Below are positions 42,202 through 55,598 of a stretch of DNA of 64,000 nucleotides, piece after piece. The DNA comes from Syncephalis fuscata S228 (taxonomy: Eukaryota > Fungi > Zoopagomycota): positions 62,001 to 126,000 of the forward strand of contig JAHLTZ010000036.1 of assembly GCA_025786725.1 (NCBI GenBank), written 5' to 3'. The position numbers and the translations under genes were made by a program. How positions within the stretch are numbered: position 1 is the first letter of the stretch; each line of letters starts with the position of its first letter. The notes beneath the pieces were generated by a model. It did no database searches. It saw only the letters and a list, made by a program, of their open reading frames with translations, and was not told where the DNA came from.

Positions 42202-44451
42202 TTATGCATGATCCTTTCTTCGCTTTTTACGTTGGTTATTTTTCTTGTCATCATCATCATCGCATAGACCATGACCAAATTTAGCAGTCATAATTTGATT
42301 AATCTCCTGCGTATCTTTGTTAAATTTCCGACTTTTACGTAAACGTTGACGACGATCACGCTCCTGTTCGCGTCGTGCCTCTTCGCGTGCCTCTAAATCA
42401 CGCTCTTCTTTATTTGGCCAAAATTGCGATGAATCAGTCTGGTCTATAGCATTACTATGACTACGTGTAAAACTGTCGTTATCATCATCTTCGTTATTAT
42501 AGGTATTTTTTGTTGATTTCATTGGTGCAAAGCCGGCAAGCATATCAAGTGTATGATCTGCATCTTCTACTATATTTTGTCGCTCTTGATGCATTTCTGC
42601 TGCTGCTGCCGCGGCTAATCGAGATTTTGCCGTCCAATGCTGACTACTACCATTGCCAATGTCGTCATCATTGACACCTAGACCAAAGGTATCGTAGTCA
42701 ATAGCGTCACGATCTGTCACGTCAAATCCAAGTTGTTTCGTCGGCTTAGAGGCCAGTTTACGTTTTAGTGCGCTAATTGGTGCTTGCCCACTGTTAGTCG
42801 TACTATTTTGTAATCCTTGTGTTGCTTGTTGCAATATTGTATTCACAAAATCAGTTGATTGTTTAGTATTCATTGGTATATTTGTAGATATATCATCATC
42901 GTCATCCTTGTCAAAATAACGTGTCCTTGGTTGTTTCTCAATAGATATTTGTTGATGTGATTCAATAACTGGTCCTAGCTCTGGTCCTAGCTCTGGTCCT
43001 AGCTCTGGTCCTAGCTCTGGTCCTAGCTCTGGTCCTAGTTCTGGTCCTAGCTCTGGTCCTAGCTCTGGTCCTAGTTCTGGTCCTAGTTCTGGTCCTAGTT
43101 CTTTATCTAAAATAAAATCCATGCTTTCAAGAGCTGTAGCTCCAGTTACATTATCTTTAATATCTTCAGATACATCATCTTCATCTATAATACATTCATA
43201 ATCACGTCCTACATCTGCAAAAATATCTTCATCGTCATCGTCACCATCATTCAGCTGTAATGCATTTAGCGTTGATGTTACATTTGGCTCTAGCTTTTCT
43301 TTTATAACTGATACAGTAGATGATAATGTTTTAGGCGCTGTTCGTAATGATGATGGTTCTACTCGAGTTCCTGTACGAATATCTTCAATAATACCGCATA
43401 TTTTACTAATTACAAGATCGTTGGCAGCAGATCCTGATCCACGCATGCCAACTTGTCCTTCGCCTTTACTACGAATAACTGCCGTAGGAATATTCCATGC
43501 ATCGCCTGCCTTTCTACTGCCATCTGATCGTGTTTCATCAAGTTGAAATGTATATGCCATACGTCCATATCGAAATAGCTCGTTCAATTGTAGTGTAGGT
43601 GGTTGCTTTAAGCTTGAAACGGCAATGGCATGAATATTCCGCGCTAATCCCGTACGAATCTTCATTTCATCTTGGCTACTCGTTTGAATGTCGGCAACTT
43701 TACTCGCTACTTTTTGTGGTGTCGACCGAATTGTTCTATTATCATCCTGTGTATCATCCTGTTTAATCTCGCGACGGCGTTTATCAAGTAGCGAATAATC
43801 AAGTCCTTTAACTAAATGCGTATGTGACACATCACCGCCTAGCAATTTAAATCGTTCTTCCATTTCCTGGCGTGCCAAACGCTCGCTCGTCTCAGCATCC
43901 TGTGTTTCGTGGTGCAAATCCGCAAGTAATTGCTGATTATCACTCGCCAAATTGGCAAGAATACGCTCTGATTCAGCATAGTCTGGATTAATACCTTCTC
44001 GGCGTTCTTTTGCACGATCACGATATTTTGCAGATGATAAAGTCTCGTTGTCGTCGTCAATATCATTATTGCGCGGCTTTCTATTCTTATTGTATTACTT
44101 TACACTATTTGACAGATCATCTTTCTATTTACCTTGATCGTGGCCGCGGTCTAGCAAATTCGCCCTTGGTTTCCGCTATTGTTCTATTAATACAATTAAT
44201 AGATTAGACAAGTGTTTCTATTACTATCAAGTAGATAGCTTTTATACTTACTTATCAAATGCAATTGATTTCTTAGCAGGTCGAGCAGATTGTTGCTGTT
44301 CTAGTTCAGTTTCTATCGTGCTTGATTGCGACGAATGCGGACGAGGAGTCTGCATCAATCGTCGAAAGTCATCTTGTGTCAATCTATATAGCAGTTAGAA
44401 TAGTTGTAAAAACCAACTGCTATTGAATAGTTACCCTGAATTGTCAGCCAT
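42202..44451 (-). CDS. RED/IK-like spliceosomal protein
   Basis: N-terminal LTQDDFRRLMQTPR and LGGDVSHTHLVKGLDYSLL (RED_N); DIFADVGRDYE; basic C-terminus. Confidence 0.88.
42969..43101 (-). repeat. Coding 12-bp tandem repeat, (ELGP)x11
   Basis: CTGGTCCTAGYT repeated 11 times on the + strand. Confidence 0.95.
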
Positions 44452-44848
44452 AATAATAACACATGTGATAAAAGAATGAATTGCTAGTAATAAATTTGAC
44501 ACCGTTGATTGGTTCATATACACTAACGATTACTGATATTATTTTACTATTATATAGCGATGAATCATCATCATCGTAAATTCATTGTTATTACTATCTT
44601 GTATGTATATATCCTTTATCCATATATTATATTCTATTGTATGCTAATCTCAATATATAGTGTCCTATTGTATAATAGTCATATGTTATTTATAACCGTT
44701 ATTTGTTTTATATTGACTAAAATAGTGAAAGAAACAGTAATTGGCAAGTCTTATAATAAATAAAAGTATTAATACACGGATAAATGTAGTAAATTTAACG
44801 TGCCCACCGAGCAACAATGCAATACACAATATAGTTGAATAGAGAATA

Positions 44849-44960
44849 TATGCATACTGGATAACGAATCTATGATAATGAGTATTTGATAATTAATGTC
44901 ATTCGCCACCCACTATCATGTCCAATAGATTAAATGCCACTAGAACTAGTCATTTGACTA
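44849..44960 (+). repeat. Partial arm of the MITE-like dispersed repeat
   Basis: TATGCATACTGGATAA..GAGTATTTGAT..CAATAGATT..TAGTCATTTGAC matches 20561-20670. Confidence 0.7.
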
Positions 44961-45772
44961 ACAAATTACATAAAATGTTAATAAATTGTTTAATATTAAT
45001 GTAATAACTTTAAAGTAAATTAATAAACCAGTTAACTGGGTAAAAGAATACTTGGACAATTGGACCCACATTGCCATCACTACTATAAGGTCGATATTGA
45101 TGTCTTCATCGTGTAACCGTGTGTATATACAGATATTGTCAGATAACAAGCTAATACAAGATCACAATTGCCTGCAGGTGCAAATGGTTAGTTATTGCTT
45201 AGGCCAAGACCTAGGGTCCAGATCTTGGTTTATCAATGTATACGACGGTCTAGAGCGAAGCCCAGAATCCGGAATGCAATTGATAGCAGTCAATTTTAGT
45301 CTAAGCGTGAAATTAGATCCTCATGGATCACTGCATCCACGCAGGCTAGGCCTTTAAATGAACGCATATCAGCCATGATCACAACACGCGGTAATGTCAG
45401 TTAGTTCTGTGCTTATTCTATTCACTGCATGTAAGTCAGCTCATTTGTCAATAGCATTCGTTGCCTATTTTCCCGCTTTACTACGCCCAAGGCGTGTGCC
45501 ACGACATACCATTGGTTACAATTGCCTATTTGTGGCACACATGTTACTACTCCTGTAATACGGTTGTATTTACGATGCGCAAACACAACGACGTCGCTCG
45601 ACAACTCGCCATTGGGTATTTATTAAAAGAAAGCAATGGGCTATCCCCGGTACACTTCCATTATAGCTCCATCTTTGTTTTGTTAAACACGTTACTCAGT
45701 GCTCATAATTATTAGCTTTTGTTGAATAGTGCTCATAATTTATTATCTTACAACAACGTTACTATTGTCAAT

Positions 45773-47909
45773 ATGCCGGGACCAGATGTATTGTCACTAT
45801 TATCCACTGAATCGCTGTTGTTGGTAGCTGGTGCCTATGCTTCTTACAAGGCAAGTACAGCAAAATGTATTATAGCGTATTGATTGGCTTATTCTTTTTT
45901 GTTAAATAGGTCCTGTCTATGCTTACGTCGCCCATTGCAGCGGTGCCAGGCCCATGGTATACAAAATTCACTTTACTTGAACATATGTACAATATGGCAA
46001 CTGGCGTTTCATGGAAAGCGATATCTGAGTGCCACGATAAGTATGGGCCAATTGTTCGTCTCGGTAAGCATTGCAGTGTTTTGCTAGAAAGTTATACTAT
46101 AGTTGTAGCTAATCCATAGACTAGGTCCCAATGAAGTGAGCATTACCGATATGGATGCACTTCGCACTATTCTTTCTACACACAAGTTCCGTAAAGGAAA
46201 AGTTTACGCGGGACTTCGTTTTCGAGGTGACGACAATATTGTATCAGTTAGGTAAGAAATAGCTTTTACCATAAAATAGTTAAATAACCAGAAATGATTA
46301 TATATAGCGATCCTGTTGTATTTAAATCCCGTGTAAGAGACATGACCGTCTAAATATTTATACTATTTATTAATGTGTAGTTTATAATCACATTGTTTAT
46401 TATTGTAGAAAAAACTTATTGGCCCAGCATTTTCAAATATATCGCTCCAACAAATTGAGCCAGCAGTTAAAGAAATGTGTAATATTAAATTACCCAAACT
46501 TATTGATCAGCGTATTGAGACTGGAAAGCCTGTCGACATGATGGAGGCTTATATGTCCTTAACTTTGGTAACTCCTACGATATGCAATGGTCGATTAGTT
46601 TCATTAACATCAAGACTGCATAATTAGGACATCATTACTGAATTATGTTTTGGCAAGACGCTTAATATGTTAGGTGGTGAAAATCATCACATTCACCCGA
46701 TGCTTGAGGCTGTTGGTTTACTAACCATTGGTGTAAGTTAAACTGTATAAGCAACTGTGGCAGTTTTATTAACAGCATTGAGTAGAAAGTTGTTGCCGGC
46801 GATACTTTGGCCGGTATACTTATGCCAAAGTTTAAAAAAAAGAGGATCAATTATTCAGGTAAGTTTTATTTATAACATGCAGTTTAGTTTTAAACAGCCT
46901 TATAATTTAAAGTTTGTTCAAGATCTTGTTGACGAGCGAAAGGCCATGGAAAATCCACCAAGGGATACATTGCAAGCCTTAATTGAAGCTGTTGACGAAG
47001 ATACTGGCAAACCATTGCCATCGCATAACCTGGCCGCAGAACTTATTGTAATACTGTAAGTTTAATGTTAATTTTATAATTAAATAGCTTATCTTTTATT
47101 TTTTATAGCATGGCAGGATCAGATACCACAGCCGGTTCACTTGTTTGGTAAGCGTATTCACAAACAGCTATTGCTATATTGTTTTTTCTTTGTCTTTGCT
47201 GATACGATATTTCTAGGGCCGTAGTTAATCTACTAAAACATCCTCAATATTTAGAAAAACTACGTCCGAGCTTGATGAGACATTCCCGTCTATTGACGAA
47301 ACGATTACTTACGACAAAATCCAAAACTTACCTTATTTAAATGCTGTTATCCACGAATCGTTGCGTCATTTGCCGATCACGGGTCTGGAATTTGACCGCG
47401 TAACACCACCAGAAGGTGCAACACTTTGCAATCATTTTCTACCTGGAGGAGTAGGTCACACGCACTGCTATTACGTGCAAGCACAACTAACCAACATGTT
47501 TTTGCGCTATTTTCCGTGTAGACTACAATCAAATTAGTAGCTTATCCGATTATGCACGACAAAAATAACTTTGAAAAGCCATATGAATTTTATCCAGAGC
47601 GCTGGCTCGTTAGTTACGAAGAACTGGCCACACTTAAACAGAAGTTCTTTGGATTTAGCATGGGGGCACGCGTTTGTCTAGGCAGAAAGTAAGTTTATGC
47701 TGATTGATCCAATGATGCTGATCATACACTAATCACGCCATGCCATTGCTAGTCTTGCCTGGATGGAATTACGCATGGGACTAGCTCTACTTGTACGCCG
47801 CTACGAGTTCAGTCTCGCGCCGGGCTACGATACCACGCCCATTCTTAAACTACTATTGATCCCTCGTGATGCTGCGCTTATGCTCAACATGCGCAAACGA
47901 ACTGCATGA
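45773..47909 (+). CDS. Cytochrome P450 monooxygenase (many short exons)
   Basis: PIAAVPGPW, KYGPIVRLGPNEVSI, I-helix AGSDTTA, ExxR (ESLR), PERW and heme motif FSMGARVCLG; apparent frameshift near 47265. Confidence 0.92.
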
Positions 47910-48003
47910 TCTTTATTTTAATAAACTATTTTATTATTTGCACCATTAACATCGCATTATTAGTTTTTCATCGCTGAAATCGCCGCTTATAAATAATATT
48001 TTA

Positions 48004-48608
48004 TTAAATATTTGCTGTTATACACGAGACCAGTAGGCTCGTTAGTGGCTGCGATGCCTCATTTTTTGTCGCCGCTGTTGCTTCCTGCTTAGAAATGGTT
48101 GTGCCTATATTGCATGATGCAACTATTGGTTATCACCTAGCGCTATTTTATTGCTCCAGCTGCTTACCATCCCGCCAGAATCGCCAGTGTTTGTACTGTG
48201 CACCGTGCAATGTTCGAGCTGTTTCTAATAAGCGAAGAGACTGTCGAAACTCTGTATGTTGAAGTAATTCCAAGTAATGTAAACAATGCGGATATCTATC
48301 GTTGATCGCTTGTATTAGATTTATGAGGTTGTATATGCTAGATTAGGTACTTGCGCAATAAACTTTGCGTATTCTGGCTTTCTCCAGTAGGTCAGATACT
48401 CCAAGTAGGCAGCAAAGCGCGGATCATCAAAATAATCCTGCTGAGCAAGATCTATTATGTCGATAGTATTAATGAGTGTTCTTGGCCGCGATTAGTTGCA
48501 CATACAATGCAAGTAGAACGGGTTGGCCAGGCACTGAACAAATTCAAGCTCTAGTTCAAACCGACTTACTGACGCTCCATTGTCAGGAGATGTTTTGGCA
48601 ACTGACAT
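48004..48608 (-). CDS. SOH1: Mediator subunit Med31/Soh1
   Basis: Not in the ORF track. Four exons splice to ...[64 protein letters not shown]...; the second intron needs a GC donor. Confidence 0.92.
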
Positions 48609-49176
48609 GATGGAAAAAGGATACTTGTAGTCAGAGTGTGATGGAACACGTTGTTGGAAACAACAATATAGTATACAATCACTATCATCATCATCATTAG
48701 TGTCATCACCATGAGGAGTGGTTACAAAGTCACATTTATTCTAAACATAAATTCCAAATGGAAATGTAAAAAACAAATACATTATAAAGTATACAACATA
48801 TGTAGCAAGCAATTAAACTACAATTTACTACAATTTACTACATTGATTTACATTGATTATATTAAGTGTACAAACAAAAATATAGCTATATAACAACAAC
48901 TACTGTGTAATAAACCAACTTGCTGCGCATGATATTCTACTTCCAGTATTTGCCCTTTAGCGTTTTACTTTTAAAACAGCACCCAAAGATGATACAAACC
49001 AGTTAAGTTGATCCTGAACTCCTTAATTACATGGAACATGGCAGCACTGAACAATTGCATTATAAAAGAAGGTGCTAAATACCAACACTTTAATTTCAGT
49101 TGTTACTTCCTACAACTTTATCTTCGTTTCATTACGGTCTCAACTCTTCGATAGATTGATCTACGTTTTACGCAAC

Positions 49177-49799
49177 ATGCCTTCGCTATTCCGTTACTTG
49201 ACCGCCACTCTAGTGATTTCCTATGCCGGCATAGGATTTAGCGCGCCAGCATCAATGTTCAACAATATGAACACCGCATCTGGGTCCGGCTTAACTGATC
49301 CATTCTCGCAGACTGACATGGGTGGTTCATTTAGGCATAGTTCAACTGATCCATTTTCAAGAACTAGCACAGGTGGTTCATTTGGGCTTAATCCAACCGA
49401 CCCATTCTCGCAGACTGGCATGAATTCATTCGGGCTTAATCCAACCGACCCGTTCTCGCAGACTGGCATGAATTCATTCGGGTCCAATTCAGCTAGCCCA
49501 TTCCCGCAGACTGGCATGAATTCATTCGGGCTCAATCCAACCGACCCGTTCTCGCAGACTGGCATGAATTCGTTCGGATCCAATTCAGCTAGCCCATTCC
49601 CGCAGCTAGCATGATTGGTTCGCCAGTTCGGCAAAATAACAGAATAAACACCCAAAACATTCTAAGCTCTTTAGGCCAATCCAACTCGGGCTCATCAGAA
49701 GCAGCTATGAAATCAAAACAAAACGTGGAACTGCTTAGAGACCATTATCAACGTCAAGCGGAATTAAGACAGAATGTGCGGTCAAATCAGCGCTTCTAG
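49177..49799 (+). CDS. Putative secreted protein with 16-aa tandem repeats
   Basis: Signal-like MPSLFRYLTATLVISYAGIGFSA; 48-bp repeats (GLNPTDPFSQTGMNSF / GSNSASPFPQTGMNSF). A one-base loss near 49606 separates it from ORF 49611-49799. Confidence 0.65.
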
Positions 49800-50338
49800 C
49801 CACTTCAAATTAGATATCTATTTGCAAATCTATTAAATAATAAATTTGATTTTAGTACTAGATTTAATGAATAATTATCATGATAAGCTAATTAGTATTT
49901 AATGAAAGCAATGCAATAACTATATAAACACCTTATTTGTAATAGCATAATAGTCGACGATAATGAAGCATCTAAATAAAAAAATGCATAGTGTAATTAA
50001 GTTTCTTTAGAAGCTGAGTATATGATTTTTAGCTAAATTTATTTTATATCATGTTGCTTCCCATATACTTATAAATAGAGCCCGTGTTTACCATAAGTAG
50101 CAAATGTGTATTTTTTATTCCAAATTAATTGCCAAGAATTCTTTCATGGCTAATTGCATTAATACTCCGCCAAATATAAATTAGTAATGCTTTTTTGGAT
50201 TCAACGTTTATTGCAACTAGTATCTTTTTCCTTACGATTAAAAACTCAACCTACTTCTACTCTTTATTTTATAGAAAAAAGCCATATTATATTAAGCAGC
50301 ATTTATACTTTACGATTTACCAACCTTTCTTTTTAAAC

Positions 50339-51004
50339 ATGATAAAAGTGGTATGGGGTTCAGTGTTAGTGTTGGTACTTTTACATGCCAACACCAATCA
50401 TGCCTCTCCTGTACCTAATCCATTATATGGTAACATGTACCCAGGCTCAATGGGCAACATGTTCGGCAATATGGACAGCATGTATGATAATATGGGTGAA
50501 AGTTTTTATAACCCAAACAACCAGTTTAACGGCAATATCGATGGAGGAATAGGAAAACGTCAACAAGCATTGAAAGATGCAAAAAAAGAACATAACGTCT
50601 CTTTTACCGCCGAAGAAATGTTAAAGGCGGCTTCTGGTGATTCAAAAGATCAGCAAAAACAACAGGAACAAATGGCGGGCCAAGGAATAGCAGCAATGAT
50701 GTTACAAAAGCAACAAAATTTGCAATATTCTATGGGTGGTATGAACGGTATGAACGGTATGAATACTATGGGCAATACGAACATTATGAGTGGCACGGCG
50801 AATGGAGCACCAACTAATAGAGCAAGCATAAGCAGCTTTCTTGTCAATCCTGCTGGCTTATCAAATGGTCAATCCAGTACCATGGAGACTAACATCAACG
50901 GAAGCGGATTTGGTAATGCTGGAACAAATTCAAACATGATGGGTGGCTCTAATATGATGGGCGGCTCTAACATGATGGGTGGCTCTAACATGATGGCGCT
51001 CTAA
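50339..51004 (+). CDS. Putative secreted Met/Asn/Gly-rich protein
   Basis: Signal-like MIKVVWGSVLVLVLLHANTNHA-SP, an internal KR site and (NMMGGS)n repeats. The true stop may be near 51040 if the last repeat is frameshifted. Confidence 0.7.
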   Translation: MIKVVWGSVLVLVLLHANTNHASPVPNPLYGNMYPGSMGNMFGNMDSMYDNMGESFYNPNNQFNGNIDGGIGKRQQALKDAKKEHNVSFTAEEMLKAASGDSKDQQKQQEQMAGQGIAAMMLQKQQNLQYSMGGMNGMNGMNTMGNTNIMSGTANGAPTNRASISSFLVNPAGLSNGQSSTMETNINGSGFGNAGTNSNMMGGSNMMGGSNMMGGSNMMAL

Positions 51005-52101
51005 TGTAATGGGCAGCTTTATTGGAACAAATGACTACTAAATAGCACTAACAGCCATATTACTACTACCACAATGGCTGCAATAACTTCAAAGCTGCTA
51101 AGAATACAAAATTTTAGCGCTAAGAACAATGAAACAGTCTAGAAACAGATATAGTTACAATGATTGGCTTTATGACTAATTTCAGTATTATCGTTTTATC
51201 GACATTATGATCAAGAACAATAGAAACAAAGTCTTGACATTTACGTTAAACAAAAAATTAGTAAAAAAACCAATAAAAATAAGTAATGTTGTTTACGCTT
51301 TAATAAACAACTATATAGCTACCAGCTATTGATTGGTACTTAACAACAGTTTAAAATGTAGACTATATGTAATTGTTGAATAAATACGCTACTGTTGAAT
51401 ATGTTAATTTCATCATTACGTGTTACACGATCATATCACGCGACCAGGCCATACAACAACAATGCCAGTTCTTGTAATTATTTATAGCCATTACAATGAC
51501 AATGACACCAACACCTGCAGACTATCTGATCGGTGCATTCCTTTGTTACAAGCACTAACAACAACATGTTGACCAGTATTGTCTTCTTTATTCCTTCAAC
51601 TCTTTGATCTTTTGTACCCTTGTTATTTTTGTCGTGGATACAACGTGCTAGGCAACCTAAAGCGCAATCTACATGCCTCATATATCTAGTAAGATTAATG
51701 TCACACGATAAAGTGGCCTTGTTTTGTTGTGTCTATTGCTAAACGCTGCCCCGTCCATCTTTCTAAGGTCCTTTCCCATTTCTATCAATTTGCACACACA
51801 CACATTTATGATACTATGCCAATTACTATCGCAAGTTAAAAAAAGTAACATTTTTCTCCGCCTGCTGAGCTGACTGTCAAGTAAATAGTGCCCTGCCAAT
51901 ACGCACTCTTTCATTTACTCACTCACTCACTCACTCACTCACACATCTATACTCGTCATTCTCCTTTTGCCATTTAACATCATCGACCCTTTCACTGAAT
52001 AGTGCTCTTCTTTCACTGACTATAGCTTATTTAATATATTTAATAGTAATATTAATTGGTTTTGAATTGCCACCTAGCAATACTCATTACTTGCGGCCAG
52101 T

Positions 52102-54290
52102 ATGTGCTGCACTACAGCAAAATGGAAACGTGAAGAAGTGCCAGATCACAAATTTGACTATATCGATGTCAATGATTTTTTCAACGGCTCTATTATCCGT
52201 CGTTTCACATACCTATTATTATTTGCGGTTATTATTAAGAATATTCTTGTCTATTTGGCCGATTTATGGACAGTCTATCTATTATTTACATCTCAAGAGT
52301 GGGCAGCTAATATTCAGTCACTGAAAAGCCATTTAGACATCATTAAATGGATTTTCTTTGCTTCTATCGTCTCTTCCTTTCTTTTATTACTATGGGAGTT
52401 GCGTAAAGCGGTCCGAGTGGTTAAAAGCCATGATATTGCTTATTCGTATACTTGTACTGGTGCATATCGCTTTTATAGCGTTCGATCCTATCCGCATTAT
52501 TGTCTTTTCTCGCAAATCAATAACTCGCGAAAAAAGATTGACCGAGTAGCTTTCTTTGTCTACTTTACACTCAAGGGTAAGTTGATTAATTCGGATATTC
52601 TGGTATATAGCGATATTTAATGCTGCAAACAGGATGGAAACGGTTTTTATTGGCAGAAGCACCACGTCAAGTGGTTAATGGCATTTCACTTTTCTCAGTA
52701 TATATTGGTAAAAAGGGATTTGATATTAAAAAATTTTACGAGAATGGTGAAACAGCTCAGGCTCGTATTATGTTTGGCCTTATGACATTTACGTTTTGTG
52801 TTTGGGCCATATCTGCGTTACTCTTAGCATTTGCAGCTATTTTATATGTACCATTGTTGTGTCAGATTCGCGGTAATCTTAAGGAATACGTTTGTCATAA
52901 GATTGACAAGCGACTAGCACAACTATTGCGTAATAAATCTCGTAAACGTATTTTGGAGGAACGACGTGAACAACAACGACTAGCTCAAGAGATGCAATCA
53001 CTTCCAGGTGCTAATACTGGTGCTTTGTTGCCTTCTCGTGAACCAACCTTACCTCAAGTACAATTATTGGAATCTAGCACTAGACAGCCAATGCCTCCAA
53101 CTAGTCAGAATGCCGTAATGATATTACCTGACAATAGGCCGCCACCATTGCCGCATTCCAATGCACCAATGAGTTATCAACAACAACAACAACAGCAACA
53201 GCAACATCATCATCGGCCATCGTATAGTATATCCAATAGCCAATATAGTGCTGGTAATCAATACTCAAATGAAGCCACTAGCCAATATAGTGGACGTCGA
53301 CGGGCTGATAGTACTGTGTCGTCCACTTCTGGCTACAGTCAATCACGTCCTATTCAAGGTGCAGATGGTATTAACTATGGCGGTGCCAGACCTCCTATGC
53401 CGCCTATACCACCGCATCATGTCAATTCAAGGCAGCAACCTATACCACCACCATCTCAACGCCCTACTCATTTGTACAACGGCAATAACCATAATGAAGG
53501 TGATCATATTCCTCAGGGATATCGATATGAAAAAGAATTGAGTTCGCCACTATCTGATAATACTTATGATATACCAGATAACGTATCCGAATCAAGCCAT
53601 CGATATGCAAATCAACCCATGGATGACACTGGTAATCGTCCATTACCAAGACCGCCACAGTCTTCTAGTTCTAATTATTCAAAGTCACAGCCTGTACCAC
53701 CACAATCCTCGTCATCTGCTCATTCAAATAAATCACCAACACAGCCATCAGCTGGAGCTGCAAATCCCAATCGCTATCCATATCAGAACATATATGATCA
53801 TCCACCACGAAATGAAGCAGAAGAGCCTTCCAGTATGGCACAGCCATTACAAGGGCATATTCGACACTTTTCCAATGAAGGACATCGTTATGCTTCGTCG
53901 GCTACCGCTTCTAGTGTTCAGAATACATCTCATTATCCGCCTATGAATCGACCGACAGAAATTCGACATCAAATGGCCAATCATCCAGCAGAACACAACT
54001 TTGTCCGTGAAGATAATAGTGTTATGGGAGATATGGATGGTGGTGAAGAAGAAGATAATGATGATGAACCAACGATTAATCGGTATAATAATCGTGGTAG
54101 ATATGCTGGTCGTCATAATTATCAACAACAACAACAGCAGCAGCAGCAACGGCCACCTCAATCACAAGGTTCACAACATTCTAATATGCGTTATCCACCT
54201 CAAGGTGGTCCTTCATCACAAGCACCGCATCAGCTAAGACGTCCTGGTAACAGTCAAAATAGTCATCAAGGAGGCAACGTTTATTTCTAA
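52102..54290 (+). CDS. Kch1/Prm6-family potassium transporter, copy 4
   Basis: MCCTTAKWKREEVPDHKFDYID...LKG|WKRFLLAEAPRQ...RGNLKEYVCHKIDKRLAQLL; one intron; Q/P/N-rich tail. Confidence 0.88.
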
Positions 54291-54483
54291 TAACAATATT
54301 TTGTTTTCATATTTTTCTATTAAAATAAAACTTTTAACCTTTTGTTGTATTGAATGAAACAGCACACTATGTTAATTAGAAAGTTTCAATAATGATGTAC
54401 GACCTGTAGATTCAAGCGGAGTCAGTAATATCCGCAATACTTTAAATATCCGCCTATATCATTTACTAGACAAATTTTATTTA

Positions 54484-55084
54484 TTATTTTTTGCATTCGC
54501 CCTGAATAGTTATGACGCAATTTCGGGCTCCTCCGCTATTCCGATGTTCACATAGCCAAATACTATCAAATATTGATTATTGTTATTATTATTAAATACT
54601 GGATAAATGTTACTTACCCTTGCCAAGTACCAAGAGCTAGTCGGCCATTTTGTATTGGAATGTTAAGAGAACAGCCAAATAGTGAACTTTTAACATGAGC
54701 TGGCTGTTTTACCAAATAATTACTAAATGAAAATACTAATGGCGATGCGTCGATAACTTACCATATCATCAGGACCTTCATCCGTATGATGATAAGGTGC
54801 ATCTTCTGGCGCAATACGGTTCATAATCATTTCCATATCTCGACGGACATCTTTATCGCAATTCTCGTTGATTGTTAACGAGGCACTTGTATGTTGTACT
54901 GTTATTTCAAGATGGTTGTTTAATATAGATACCGAGTGGCCGTAACTAGCTACCTACTGAAGAAATTCGCCATGCCAACTCGGAATTCTTTTAGATTCGG
55001 CACTTGGGCTAATAACTCGTCGGTAATTAAATGCATGCCGCGTGGACGTGCACGAATACGCGCTGTAGTCTGATACCAAGCCAT
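54484..55084 (-). CDS. UPF0047/YjbQ-family protein
   Basis: Not in the ORF track. Exons give [58 protein letters not shown] and LGTWQGIWLCEHR. Confidence 0.92.
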
Positions 55085-55598
55085 AGTTGTAAAAAAAGAA
55101 ACGCTATGATAAAGTAAAGAGAAACGTTTTATTATTGTTAGCTACTAATTAAATTGTATCTATTTGTAAGATGAAACAAATGTAACATGTTGCCTTAATT
55201 AATTAGTTTTAATAATAATATCAGTGATTTATTAATATTATTTTAATACACTAATATTAAACAATTTATCAAATATTTATTATAATTTAGAATAAACTAA
55301 TCATCCTTGATAACATTTGCGTAATTAACTTAATGTTTTTTATTGAACATGGAACTGAATGGTAAATGATATAAACATCAAAATTATTCATTGTACGTGT
55401 GATTGCATATTAGTTTGCGTATAATGACAATAATTACAATTATAAACTACGGTTTACTATAGAACAATAACATGAATCCAGACCATCTAATTTAAAAATA
55501 ACAAAAGTGCCATGCATGATCATTGATTTAATCAAATAATAAAATAAAAATGGATCTTGAATAAGCATTACAGCTTTGTTTTTTTTAGCCTTTTTAAT

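Noticed and set aside
45030-45400. More GC-balanced stretch with a hairpin (CCAAGA..TCTTGG) as an ncRNA or second SINE
   Set aside because: No A/B boxes, tail, TSD or similarity to the SINE; may simply be the P450 promoter.
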